Assembly: GCA_049516595.1 (NCBI GenBank)
Contig: JBEKSY010000002.1
Location: 17,982 to 81,981 of the forward strand
DNA length: 64,000 bases
Direction of reading: 5' to 3'
Source of the DNA: Anaerolineales bacterium
GTDB lineage: Bacteria > Chloroflexota > Anaerolineae > Anaerolineales > RBG-16-64-43
In this document: positions 38,869 to 48,139 of the stretch, in pieces
How positions within the stretch are numbered: position 1 is the stretch's first letter
How the letters are laid out: every line of letters starts with the position of its first letter
Program-made: the position numbers and the translations under genes
Notes under the pieces: generated by a model
The model's input: only the letters and a program-made list of their open reading frames with translations
The model's database searches: none
What the model was told of the DNA's origin: nothing

Positions 38869-41232
38869 CTAGGGCTTGAGATTATCCCGATCCGGCAGGA
38901 TCGTCAAAGGCGCGCTCAGGCCATCCAGGCGCTTCAAGCCGACCTCATCAAACATCACCAGAACCTCTTCGTCTTGCCCCCGGATCCCGGATTCAATGAC
39001 CAAGCCAGACCCAAATTGCGCATGCTGGACGCGCATGCCGGATCGGAAGCGCGGCTCGGGCCGGATCTTGGAACCGCTGTCCTGCCTCCCCCGATCCGGC
39101 GTCCATTCCCACATCCGCTGCCGTTCCCGGGAAGCCTGCAGGCTGCGTCCGCGGGAACCTCCCGCCGTGCTCTCCATTAGGGGGGCCGGAATATCTCGCA
39201 GAAAGCGGGAGGGGTCCGACACCCCACCCTCTCCATAGGTGGTCCGGCGAAAGGCCCGGACCAGGAAGAGGCGATCCCTGGCGCGCGTGATCCCGACGTA
39301 GAAAAGGCGGCGTTCCTCTTCCATGGCCTCAGGGTCCTCCAGCGAGCGGCTGTGGGGCAGGAGGCCCTCGTCCAGCCCCGTAATCATGACCACCCGGAAT
39401 TCGAGTCCCTTGGCCGCGTGGAGGGTGAGCAGGGTGGGGGCATCCTGGGTCTCGGTCAGAGTGTCTTGATCGGAGACCAGCGCGATTTCCTCCACAAAGC
39501 GTTCCAGGGGCAGATCCTGGAACTCTTGGGCGACGGCGATCAGCTCACGGACGTTGTCCCAGCGGTCCTGTCCTTCCGGGGTCCCATCCTCAAGGTATTC
39601 GCGGTAGCCCGTGTCCTGGACGACCTGCTCGAGGATCTCATAGGCGCTCGCCTGCTCTCGTTTCTCCCTCCACCGGCGCAGCAGGCTTCCCACTTCAATC
39701 AGCGCACTCGCGGTCCGGCCGCGAAAGGTGCTGGCAAATGCAGAGGCGCCGCGCTTCTGTTCCAGATCGATCAGAACTTCCGCCACCGGAAGGGCGGCGC
39801 GGGAGGAGACCTCCCGAAGCAGGGCGAGGGTTTTCTCCCCCAGGCCCCGCGGAGGGACGTTGAGGATGCGTCCCAGGCTGACTCGGTCCGCCGGGTCACA
39901 GATCAGGCGCAGGTAGGCCAGAGCGTCTTTGATCTCGCGACGCCCGTAGAAGCGCTGCGCTCCCACCAGGCGATAGGGGAGATTGGCTCGCAGGAAGGCC
40001 TCCTCCAGGGCGCGAGACTGGGCATTGGTTCGATACATGACCGCGCAGTCTCGGGGGCGCAGCCCCTCCTCCTCCAGCCCACTGGCTCCCTGGGCCACCA
40101 GTGTGGCAATCGTGTCCACGACAAACTGGGCCTCTTCCTCCTCGTCATAGGCCTCATGCAGGACGATCGGCACCCCAGGCCCCCGCCGGGTGAAAAGATT
40201 CTTGTCGACCCGGTTGGAATTGCGTCGAATTACCCCCATGGCCGCGTCCAGGACGGTCTGAGTTGAGCGGTAGTTCTCCTCCAACAGGATCAGGCGTGCG
40301 TCGGGAAAATCCTCCTGAAAGCGTTGGACGTTTCGATAGTCGGCACCCCTCCAGCGGTAGATCGACTGATCGGCATCGCCCACAGCAAAGAGGTTGCGGT
40401 GACGGGCAGCCAGCAGGCGGGCCAGCTGGTATTGGGCCGCATTGGTGTCCTGGAATTCGTCGACGAGAATGTGCTGGTAATGGTCCTGAAACCGCAGCCG
40501 GACCTCGCCGTGATCCGTCAGGAGACGCACGGCCAGGAGCAGAAGGTCATCAAAATCCACGGCGTGATTGGCCCGTAAAAGATCTTCATATCGTCGGTAG
40601 ACGCCGACCGCCGCTTTCTCCCAGGCAGAGGCTTGCTCGAACGCATCCGGACCCCGCATGTCGTTCTTGGCGCGAGAGATCGAAGCCAGCAGGGAACCCG
40701 GTCGGTACTGTTTCGGATCCAGGTTCTCTTCCAGGATTGCCTCTCGAACGAGTTTCTCTTGATCGTCTTCGTCGTAGATGACGAAATCCTGGGGCAACCC
40801 AACCCTTGTCCCCTCGCGTCGCAGCCAGCGGGCGCACAGGGAATGGAAGGTTCCCAGGCTCAGACGTTTTGGGTCGAGCGAACCACTCAAAGAGCTGGGA
40901 ACGGAAGCCTCGGGCCTGCGGCTCAGCAAGGATTCGACCCGGGCGCGCATCTCGCGAGCCGCCTTGTTGGTGAAGGTAACCGCCAGAATGCGGTCAGGCC
41001 CTGCGGATCCGGCTGAGGCCAGGTAGGCAAACCGGTAGGCCAGGACGCGAGTCTTCCCTGACCCGGGGCCTGCGACCACGAGGGCCGGGCCTTCGCCGAG
41101 CGTTACCGCCAGGCGCTGCTGGGGATTCAGCTCCGAGAGCAAGTCGATGGGGGCGATGGCGGCACGTTCTCCATGATCGAGGCGGGTCAACCCAGTCCAC
41201 AGGACCCGGAACGGAGGGGCAGCGGCGCCCAC
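38869..41232 (-). CDS. pcrA: ATP-dependent DNA helicase, UvrD/PcrA family
   Basis: Helicase motifs AGPGSGKT, TFTNKAAREM, DEFQDTN, VGDADQSIYRWRGA, LEENYRST, TLHAAKGLEF, YVGITRA. GTG start. Confidence 0.9.
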   Translation of the reverse strand: MGAAAPPFRVLWTGLTRLDHGERAAIAPIDLLSELNPQQRLAVTLGEGPALVVAGPGSGKTRVLAYRFAYLASAGSAGPDRILAVTFTNKAAREMRARVESLLSRRPEASVPSSLSGSLDPKRLSLGTFHSLCARWLRREGTRVGLPQDFVIYDEDDQEKLVREAILEENLDPKQYRPGSLLASISRAKNDMRGPDAFEQASAWEKAAVGVYRRYEDLLRANHAVDFDDLLLLAVRLLTDHGEVRLRFQDHYQHILVDEFQDTNAAQYQLARLLAARHRNLFAVGDADQSIYRWRGADYRNVQRFQEDFPDARLILLEENYRSTQTVLDAAMGVIRRNSNRVDKNLFTRRGPGVPIVLHEAYDEEEEAQFVVDTIATLVAQGASGLEEEGLRPRDCAVMYRTNAQSRALEEAFLRANLPYRLVGAQRFYGRREIKDALAYLRLICDPADRVSLGRILNVPPRGLGEKTLALLREVSSRAALPVAEVLIDLEQKRGASAFASTFRGRTASALIEVGSLLRRWREKREQASAYEILEQVVQDTGYREYLEDGTPEGQDRWDNVRELIAVAQEFQDLPLERFVEEIALVSDQDTLTETQDAPTLLTLHAAKGLEFRVVMITGLDEGLLPHSRSLEDPEAMEEERRLFYVGITRARDRLFLVRAFRRTTYGEGGVSDPSRFLRDIPAPLMESTAGGSRGRSLQASRERQRMWEWTPDRGRQDSGSKIRPEPRFRSGMRVQHAQFGSGLVIESGIRGQDEEVLVMFDEVGLKRLDGLSAPLTILPDRDNLKP

Positions 41233-41426
41233 CCAGCGGGGGAAGGTCCCGGTTTCAGCCCTCCTCCTTCGGACCCCTCAGCGCAGCGGCACGGCCATCG
41301 CTGACTGGGAGCTGAGTGGATCCCATTTGCCCAGGGCCTGTGCGTTCCACGGGTTCTTGGCCGACAGGTTCTGGGACGGGTGCAGGTCGACCCGCCAGGC
41401 CCGACGAAGGCGGCTCGGCCTATCGG

Positions 41427-41807
41427 TTACGCGCCGCGCGACTCCAGTTCATCCCGGAGCAAGGTGGACAGGATAACGCTCACGATGGTCACAACGAGAC
41501 CGCCCAAGAATGCTGGCCAGAAGCCGTCCACGCGGAATCCGATTCCAAAGTGCCCGCCAATCCACCCGGTGAACCAGAACAGGAACGTATTGATCACAAG
41601 CGTGAAAAGACCCAAGGTGAGCAAGATGAGAGGGCAAGTCAACAGGCTGATTAAAGGCCGCAGAAGGGCATTGACCAAACCGAACACGAGGGCTAGCAAC
41701 ACGATCGAGACCCAGTAGGTCGATTGAGCATGAATGCCTGGAATCAGGCGAAGGGCGGCGTAGATGGCTACCGCATTGATCGCCCACCTGAGAAGGAACC
41801 TTTCCAT
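41427..41807 (-). CDS. small four-helix membrane protein, PF04020 (phage-holin-4_2 / DUF360) type
   Basis: 126 aa with four hydrophobic helices. The N-terminal WAINAVAIYAALRLIPGI pattern is typical of this family. Confidence 0.7.
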   Translation of the reverse strand: MERFLLRWAINAVAIYAALRLIPGIHAQSTYWVSIVLLALVFGLVNALLRPLISLLTCPLILLTLGLFTLVINTFLFWFTGWIGGHFGIGFRVDGFWPAFLGGLVVTIVSVILSTLLRDELESRGA

Positions 41808-41849
41808 TAGACTCCTCCCGAATCCCTGTGGAAAGCAGACCTGTGCTCC

Positions 41850-42881
41850 TCAGCGGCCCTGAGCAGGACCCCTGCCGTGCTCGTTCTCCGGGTAGACCCT
41901 CAACTCTTTCTCCATCCACACCAGGGTTCGCCCTTTGCGAAACCCGAGGCGTACCAAGTCCTCCTCCGCACTGCCTGGAGGGATCTCCAGCACGAACTCC
42001 AAATCCCAGCCACCGGAACGCAAGGCGTGGGAAATGAGCGCGGTCTCGACTTGACCCTTCCACTCCGGGTCCACCACAGGCAAGGCCTGGAGCGTACCGA
42101 AGCGTTGAATGGACCAGAGGAAGGCGACGAGATGGCCTCTGTCCCGCAGCAGCCAGTGGGCCTCACTATCCCCGGTCATGGACAGAGTGAGGAATCTCCA
42201 AATTGTAGGCCGGAACGTGTTGGGCGTAAGAGGCGAAGTCCACGCCAGCCCCTCGGGATGCACCCGCATGGCCAGCTCGTATTCCTCACGCCATTCTCCG
42301 CCTCGACGCGCCGAAGGTCCCTCCAAGCCTCGCCCCGTAGGGGTCTCTTCTGTTGGATGGATGTATCCGCGGGGCCGGGTCCACAGGGCTCTCTGCGTTA
42401 CCTCGCAGAATCCCAGCGAGAGATACAGGTCCAGAGCAGGGGAATTGTCTGTCTTCACCTGCAGCACGGCCCGCTCCCCGGCGAGCGCACGGATCTCGGC
42501 TAAGGCCAAGAGCGTCAGGGCTCGGGCGATCCCCTTGCGACGGCTGGCCGGATGTACCGCCACGTTGGCAATCGCCCAGGTCCTGGGTGAGCCGCGCGAG
42601 GGGGCAAGGCTCACGTTTCCTACGATTCGGCCGGCCTCGCTCCATACGAACCCATGGAACCAGTCCATTTCCTCGCTCGATCCGAGCCGCCGATACACAT
42701 GCCAGCCGAAGGAACCCGAGGAGGCGAGGGTCCTGGCCCTCCTCAGCAATGCGAGGCCGGTAGAATCCAGCGAGCCGTGGAAGCATAACTCGATCAGGTC
42801 GGCGATGCCTGCCATATCCTTGGGGAACTCAGCCGGACGTGGGCCGACCATCGGCCGGTGGTCAGCCAAGGGGACGGCCAT
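41850..42881 (-). CDS. GNAT family N-acetyltransferase (long, possibly two-domain)
   Basis: Acetyl-CoA motif VAVHPASRRKGIARAL. AAGGGAGG SD 3 nt before ATG 42881. 343 aa. Confidence 0.75.
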   Translation of the reverse strand: MAVPLADHRPMVGPRPAEFPKDMAGIADLIELCFHGSLDSTGLALLRRARTLASSGSFGWHVYRRLGSSEEMDWFHGFVWSEAGRIVGNVSLAPSRGSPRTWAIANVAVHPASRRKGIARALTLLALAEIRALAGERAVLQVKTDNSPALDLYLSLGFCEVTQRALWTRPRGYIHPTEETPTGRGLEGPSARRGGEWREEYELAMRVHPEGLAWTSPLTPNTFRPTIWRFLTLSMTGDSEAHWLLRDRGHLVAFLWSIQRFGTLQALPVVDPEWKGQVETALISHALRSGGWDLEFVLEIPPGSAEEDLVRLGFRKGRTLVWMEKELRVYPENEHGRGPAQGR

Positions 42882-43255
42882 CGGCCTCCCTTCGCCAGTG
42901 GCTTAAGCCAGTATTCTTCATTCTCCCGCGCAATTTCCCCCTCTTCCCGTGGGGGAGCGTATTTGTCAACCACATTCCGGCGCAGATCGAAATCTGGGGG
43001 AGGGGGCCGCGTCGGGATGAAAACGAGCCGGACATCGATCCCCCAGGGTCCGTCGATCTTTCCTTCCGGTCGCTCACACCTTTTCTGGTTCGAAGGGCAT
43101 TGCCCCCTCCTGCGGATCGGAAGGCCCCGACAGAGCTTGCAGGAGAACGCACCGTCCCTCCTCCAGAACGGCCTCGACGCCCTCGGCGCGGTCGCCCTCC
43201 CCCTGGTGGTGAGCGAACTCACGTGGGGGGTCGAGCAGAGTGGATGGCTTCCCAA
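42794..43255 (-). CDS. doubtful small ORF (Arg-rich N-half with CxxC..Cx6C; more protein-like C-half)
   Basis: ORF-track entry only. Overlaps the GNAT start by 88 nt. See finding for the possible frame switch. Confidence 0.2.
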   Translation of the reverse strand: MGSHPLCSTPHVSSLTTRGRATAPRASRPFWRRDGAFSCKLCRGLPIRRRGQCPSNQKRCERPEGKIDGPWGIDVRLVFIPTRPPPPDFDLRRNVVDKYAPPREEGEIARENEEYWLKPLAKGGRWPSPWLTTGRWSAHVRLSSPRIWQASPT

Positions 43256-43260
43256 TCTGG

Positions 43261-43893
43261 CTAGGCGAGTGCGTGAATCCGAATGATGTCGTCCCTCAAT
43301 TCAAACCCACGGAATCCAACGGACCGTGCCAGGTTCTCCAGGGTAGAATAGTCGTCCTCACCCGTGAAGTCCCTGGCATCGTCGCTCAGGATCACATGAC
43401 GGAGCGCCAGGGGATGACCGAAGATGTGGCCGAGCTCTTTTCGAACCGGTGTGTACTGCTCGCCTTTGGCGGTAACCCCGCCGCAGTAATGTCCATCCAG
43501 CTAAGATCAACAGGGCTCGTCGATTGTGTTCAGGACCTGGGAAAGAACTTCGCCGCGGTCCCCTTCAAGCCGGGTGACATGCGAACAGTTGGCGAACCTC
43601 CTTCTGGCCGCGCGGAAAAGTTCTGGGCTAAGTTCTATCGAATAGGCTCTACGAAACGCATGCCCCACAGCGTGGATGGTCTCGCCCCGGTATGTCCCGG
43701 TTTCAATGAAGATGGGTGTCTTGAACTTCTTGGCGTACGCTCTGATGATTCGATGCTTGACCGCCTCGGGTGGAGGCATCGGCTTGCCCGAAAGTGTCCA
43801 CTTTCCATAGACGCGTTCCTCCGTGTAGCGGGAATACAGCCACGTCCTTTTCAGGAGGTCCTTGATGCCCTTGGGAATCCAGACCATGACCAT
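43261..43893 (-). pseudogene. class I SAM-dependent methyltransferase interrupted by two in-frame stop codons
   Basis: ORF 43507..43893 (IFIETGTYRGETI..SIELSPEL) stops at TGA. The same frame continues TGA-TCT-TAG, then LDGHYCGGVTAKGEQYTPVRKELGHIF..HVILSDDARDFTGEDDYSTLENL.. to TAG at 43261-43263. Confidence 0.7.
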
Positions 43894-44429
43894 CCCGGGT
43901 GGGCGAGAAGCCCATCTCCTGTGTGAGGTTTCCCCGATCCCCGTTCCGACAGGTATTCTACCCGATCTGCAAGTCGATCAGCCATTCCTCTACCTCCCAT
44001 GCGTCGGCCGAGCAATCCGAACTAATTGCCTATGCTTGAAGTTGAACGAGTTCCGGCGCTCGCGTACTTGAGCCTTGGGGCCGCCACGGATCGAGTTCCG
44101 GGAGCGGATCACGGAAACTCTCCGGGGTTGTCCAGAGCGGATGGAATGAAAGCTCCTTGGGGCAACGACAGCCTGAGAAACATGGAGCCCCTGGCAAGGT
44201 GCTGCCGGTCTGGGCCTTGCGATCCCTGGAGGGCTCGCTCAGCCTGGAAGCGGTCCAAGCCCGGAAACTCTGGCCAACAGATGTCTTAGGATTTTCGGCC
44301 TCTGGGTTTGGCAAAGGTTGGGGAGGAAATGGCCCGGGTCCTTCCGTGGTCAGCTCTTCCGCTCTCGCCTCCTCAGCCGGAGAGGGAAGCAGAGTGAGCT
44401 CAGTGCCCTGCGGCGATTCCTCGACTTGC

Positions 44430-44458
44430 TTGTGACCCTCCAATGCCCGGCGTATAAT
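44430..44458 (+). promoter_or_regulatory. sigma-70-type promoter (TTGTGA - 17 nt - TATAAT) abutting tsaE start
   Basis: -35 44430-44435 and -10 44453-44458. The proposed GTG start 44465 lies 7 nt after the -10 box. Confidence 0.45.
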
Positions 44459-44464
44459 CTTCTC

Positions 44465-44953
44465 GTGCCCGTCCTGGACGCCGCTACTCTCGATATTCTC
44501 AGCCACAGCGCAGAGCAGAGCCAGAGGCTCGGCAGCCGCCTGGGCGAACTTCTCCGACCCGGAGATCTCGTCTGCCTGCGAGGAGATCTGGGGACCGGCA
44601 AAACCACGTTGGTTCAAGGCATCGCTCGAGGCTGGGGCGCGATCCAGCCTGCGACGAGTCCGAGCTTCGTCCTTCTCAATCAGTATCGGGACCCGGATGG
44701 CCGCGTCCTATTTCACGCGGATGGGTACCGCCTCGAGGCGGGCAGCTTCTTGGGCTTCGATGTCGAAGAGCTTCTGCAAGAGGGAGCGTTGGTGATCGAA
44801 TGGCCGGAGAGGTTCGGGTCGCTGCCGCAGGAGCGTCTCTGGGTCGAGTTGCGTTGGGTCGAAGATACTCGGCGAGGCCTCCGCTTCACCCCCACCGGCA
44901 GGCGCTTCGAAGACCTGATTTCCAAGTATCGTCACCTCACCTACGGCGGGTAG
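44465..44953 (+). CDS. tsaE: tRNA t6A37 biosynthesis ATPase TsaE
   Basis: P-loop GDLGTGKTT, SPSFVL, HADGYRL. Start set to GTG 44465 for a normal about 160-aa length; the listed ORF starts at 44318. Confidence 0.8.
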   Translation: MPVLDAATLDILSHSAEQSQRLGSRLGELLRPGDLVCLRGDLGTGKTTLVQGIARGWGAIQPATSPSFVLLNQYRDPDGRVLFHADGYRLEAGSFLGFDVEELLQEGALVIEWPERFGSLPQERLWVELRWVEDTRRGLRFTPTGRRFEDLISKYRHLTYGG

Positions 44954-44954
44954 C

Positions 44955-45611
44955 ATGATCCTGGCGCTGGATACGTCCTCCGAGATGCTCGGTCTGGCGC
45001 TGCACGATGGGAAACGTCTGCTCTCGGAGTCGTCTTGGCCTGTGCGCTTGCGTCATACGGTCGAGTTGGCGCCCGCTGTCGCAGTCTTGATCGATCGGGC
45101 CGGGATTAAGGTGAGGGATCTGGAGGCGGTGGCTGTGACGCTGGGTCCGGGCTCCTTCACAGCGCTTCGCATTGGTATCTCTTTTGCCAAGGGTCTCGCC
45201 GTGGCAAGCCAGATTGGGGTTATTGGCGTGCCCACGCTCGATGTCCTGGCGCGGGCTCAGATTCCCAGCGGGGAAACTCTGGTGGCGGTGTTGGAGGCCG
45301 GGCGCCGTCGCGTTGCCGCGGCCTGCTACAAATGGATCGATGAGAGCTGGAGAGAGACCAAACCGCCAGCGGTCTACACCTGGGAGACACTGGTAAAAGC
45401 GATTCCCCGACGCGCGAGGGTCTGTGGCGAGATCAGGGATGAGGGCCGAAATCTCCTCGAGCACCGCCGAGACTTGAGGGTCGTCCCGGGGGCCTGGTCA
45501 CTTCGGCGGGCCGGACACCTCGCAGAACTGGCGTGGGAGAAGCTGCGGGCTGGTGAAACGACGCCCGCAGGAGATCTGGCACCTCTGTACTTGTGCGCAG
45601 CGGAACCATGA
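44955..45611 (+). CDS. tsaB: tRNA t6A37 biosynthesis protein TsaB
   Basis: MILALDTSSE N-terminus, GPGSFTALRIG. Follows tsaE. Confidence 0.85.
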   Translation: MILALDTSSEMLGLALHDGKRLLSESSWPVRLRHTVELAPAVAVLIDRAGIKVRDLEAVAVTLGPGSFTALRIGISFAKGLAVASQIGVIGVPTLDVLARAQIPSGETLVAVLEAGRRRVAAACYKWIDESWRETKPPAVYTWETLVKAIPRRARVCGEIRDEGRNLLEHRRDLRVVPGAWSLRRAGHLAELAWEKLRAGETTPAGDLAPLYLCAAEP

Positions 45612-45639
45612 GGTAGGGCGACTGGGCTTTGAAGGGATC

Positions 45640-46125
45640 ATGAAGCAAGTCCGGTCCTGGCCAGTCCGGCCCATGCGGCTCGAAGACATTCCCGCTGTGA
45701 TGGAAATTGATCGGGTATCCTTTCCGATTCCCTGGTCCGAGCGAACCTATCGATTTGAGATCACGGAGAACCCCTCTTCGCATCTCTTGGTCACCACAGC
45801 CGAGCCGGAGTCGGTTACCTCAGCCATTGTCGGGTTCAGCGGCTATTGGCTGGTGGTGGATGAGGCGCACATCTCGACCTTCGCCGTCCATCCCGGGTGG
45901 CGTCGCCAGGGGATAGGCCAGGCTCTTTTGCGGGAGGTGCTCCGCCAGGCCGTCTTGCAAGGGGCAACCAGCGCAACTCTCGAGGTCCGCGTGAGCAACC
46001 TGGCCGCCCAGCAGCTGTACGCGAACCACGGTTTCGTTCCCGTAGGGAGGCGACGGGGCTACTACCGAGACAACAACGAGGACGCGTTGCTCATGACCAC
46101 GTATTCGCTCAAACCTCCTGCCTAG
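45640..46125 (+). CDS. rimI: ribosomal-protein-alanine N-acetyltransferase
   Basis: GNAT motif HPGWRRQGIGQALL. Classic tsaB-rimI adjacency. ATG 45640. Confidence 0.85.
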   Translation: MKQVRSWPVRPMRLEDIPAVMEIDRVSFPIPWSERTYRFEITENPSSHLLVTTAEPESVTSAIVGFSGYWLVVDEAHISTFAVHPGWRRQGIGQALLREVLRQAVLQGATSATLEVRVSNLAAQQLYANHGFVPVGRRRGYYRDNNEDALLMTTYSLKPPA

Positions 46126-46192
46126 CGAAGGGCCGGCAGGCAGACACCCCAACGGGGAATAGCACCCCATCGCCGATTGGTGGTTGGAGGGG

Positions 46193-46217
46193 ACGGGATT
46201 GGAAGAAGCCCGTTTTT
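46193..46217 (+). terminator. possible intrinsic terminator after rimI
   Basis: ACGGG (46193-46197) / CCCGT (46209-46213) stem followed by TTTTT. The stem is short. Confidence 0.35.
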
Positions 46218-46300
46218 CGCGCCTCTCGGATCGAGTCGGCCAGGGGAGGAAGAAAGGCCGGGGCCCCCCCGGGGGGAAGACCTGTTAGCTTAGGAGAGAT

Positions 46301-47320
46301 ATGAGAATCCTGATCACCGGAGGAGCCGGGTTCATCGGAACCCATTTGGCCCTGCACTTTTCCCGCCTCGGCCATGCGCTGGCGGTCTACGACAATCTCT
46401 CGCGCAAAGGCTCCGCGGAAAACCTGGAGTGGCTCCAAACCCAATTGCAGGGACTCGAATTCATCCGCGCGGATGTTCGAGATTATCCGGCCTTGGAGAC
46501 CGCGGCGCGAGGACGAGACGCGATCTTCCATCTGGCGGCGCAGGTGGCCGTCACTTCTTCTGTGACCTCGCCCCGCGAGGACTTTGAGATCAACGCGCTG
46601 GGGACCTTTAACGTCCTGGAGGCAGCGCGTCGCACGGCTCGCTCGCCCATTGTGATCTATAGTTCGACCAACAAGGTTTACGGCGCCCTGGAGTCGGCCC
46701 GGGTGGTTCAAGAAGAAACCCGCTATCGGTTCGCCGACTTGCCTCACGGGGTGAATGAGGGATGGCCTATCGATTTTCATTCGCCCTATGGATGTTCGAA
46801 AGGGGCCGGGGATCAATACGTTCGGGACTACGCCCGCATCTACGGTTTGCCGACGGTGGTCTTTCGTCAATCGTGTATTTACGGGGAACGCCAGTTTGGG
46901 GTTGAGGATCAGGGCTGGCTCGCCCATTTCGTCATCTGCATTCTGCTTGGAAAGCCGATTACGATCTACGGGGACGGCCGACAGGTCCGCGATGTCTTGC
47001 ACATCGATGACTTGGTGAGAGCCTTTGAGCAGGCCGTCGAGCGTATCGATCAAGTTCGAGGCGAGATTTTCAACTTGGGCGGGGGGCCGGCCAACACGCT
47101 CTCCGTCTGGAGCGAAACGGGCCCCATGCTCAATCGCCTCGCCGGACGGCCGGTCGACGTTCGCTGGGGAGACTGGCGTCCGGGGGATCAGAAGGTGTAC
47201 GTCAGCGATGTGCGCAAGGCTGGGCGTTTGCTGGGCTGGAAGCCCACGGTGCCACCGTGGGAAGGGCTGGGCAGACTCTGGGAATGGGCCCGTGCCAACC
47301 AAGGGCTGCTCCAGGGCTGA
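46301..47320 (+). CDS. extended-SDR NAD-dependent epimerase/dehydratase (CDP-paratose-2-epimerase-like)
   Basis: GGAGFIG Rossmann motif, SST..YGCSKGAGDQY (S/YxxxK). SD taggagag before ATG. Confidence 0.8.
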   Translation: MRILITGGAGFIGTHLALHFSRLGHALAVYDNLSRKGSAENLEWLQTQLQGLEFIRADVRDYPALETAARGRDAIFHLAAQVAVTSSVTSPREDFEINALGTFNVLEAARRTARSPIVIYSSTNKVYGALESARVVQEETRYRFADLPHGVNEGWPIDFHSPYGCSKGAGDQYVRDYARIYGLPTVVFRQSCIYGERQFGVEDQGWLAHFVICILLGKPITIYGDGRQVRDVLHIDDLVRAFEQAVERIDQVRGEIFNLGGGPANTLSVWSETGPMLNRLAGRPVDVRWGDWRPGDQKVYVSDVRKAGRLLGWKPTVPPWEGLGRLWEWARANQGLLQG

Positions 47321-47352
47321 AGCAGGGCATTGCCCGACCAGGAGGGAAGCCG

Positions 47353-47973
47353 GTGAAGGCCGAAGAGCAACTCGAAGAGGTCGCGCGGGAGGTCTCGGTC
47401 TGCGAGCGCTGTCGACTTCATGCCTCACGAAAGCACGCCGTCCCGGGGGAGGGGCCGGCGAACGCGGACATCATGTTCATCGGCGAGGGACCGGGATTCC
47501 ACGAGAACGAACAGGGGCGGCCCTTCGTGGGGGCGGCAGGGAAGTTTCTTGAGGAGCTCTTGGCCTCGATCGGTTACCAGCGTGACCAGGTTTTCATTTG
47601 CAATGTGGTCAAGTGCCGGCCGCCCGGGAATCGGGATCCCCTGCCAGACGAAATCGAGGCTTGCCGTCCCTACCTGGACCGTCAAATCGCGGCGATGCAC
47701 CCCAAGATCATCGTCACGCTGGGGAGATACTCGATGGCCCGCTTCTTTGGAGATGCGAAGATCAGCGCGATCCATGGGAAGGCGCAGGTGACGGACGGTC
47801 GGCTTCTGGTGGCGATGTTTCATCCCGCGGCCGCACTGCACCAACCCAGCCTGAAGCGGACAGTGGAAGAGGATTTTCATACCCTTCCGGATTTGATCAA
47901 GCGTGCTTCCCAGATGGTCCCGGCCGAGCCCGCCTCTCCTCCTGAGGAGCCGAAGCAGCTTTCACTTCTCTAG
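47353..47973 (+). CDS. uracil-DNA glycosylase, family 4
   Basis: CERCRL (Fe-S Cys), GEGPGFHENEQGRPFVGAAG, HPAAAL. GTG 47353 chosen. Confidence 0.85.
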   Translation: MKAEEQLEEVAREVSVCERCRLHASRKHAVPGEGPANADIMFIGEGPGFHENEQGRPFVGAAGKFLEELLASIGYQRDQVFICNVVKCRPPGNRDPLPDEIEACRPYLDRQIAAMHPKIIVTLGRYSMARFFGDAKISAIHGKAQVTDGRLLVAMFHPAAALHQPSLKRTVEEDFHTLPDLIKRASQMVPAEPASPPEEPKQLSLL

Positions 47974-48139
47974 TCCAGGAAGACGTGAGCGTTTGGGCTC
48001 CGCGTTTCCCCAACCCCGTCCGGAGCTTGACCGAAGGGTGTCGATCTGCGAGCACGAACCTGTGGTTGCGTTCCCCTATGGCCCGTTTCGTTGAGCGGTT
48101 TCCAGAGCGCGACCTGTGGAATCGTCCCAGGAGGCATCG

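Noticed and set aside
43498-43512. Frameshift or alternative genetic code as the explanation for the broken methyltransferase
   Set aside because: Codon-by-codon check shows both stops are in the same frame as the flanking sequence, so there is no frameshift. Other genes in the window terminate normally at TGA, TAG and TAA, so reassignment is unlikely.
47353-47973. Uracil-DNA glycosylase as a functional member of the glycan locus
   Set aside because: It carries clear family-4 UDG motifs. Its position between the SDR and gmd is most simply a housekeeping gene at the locus border.
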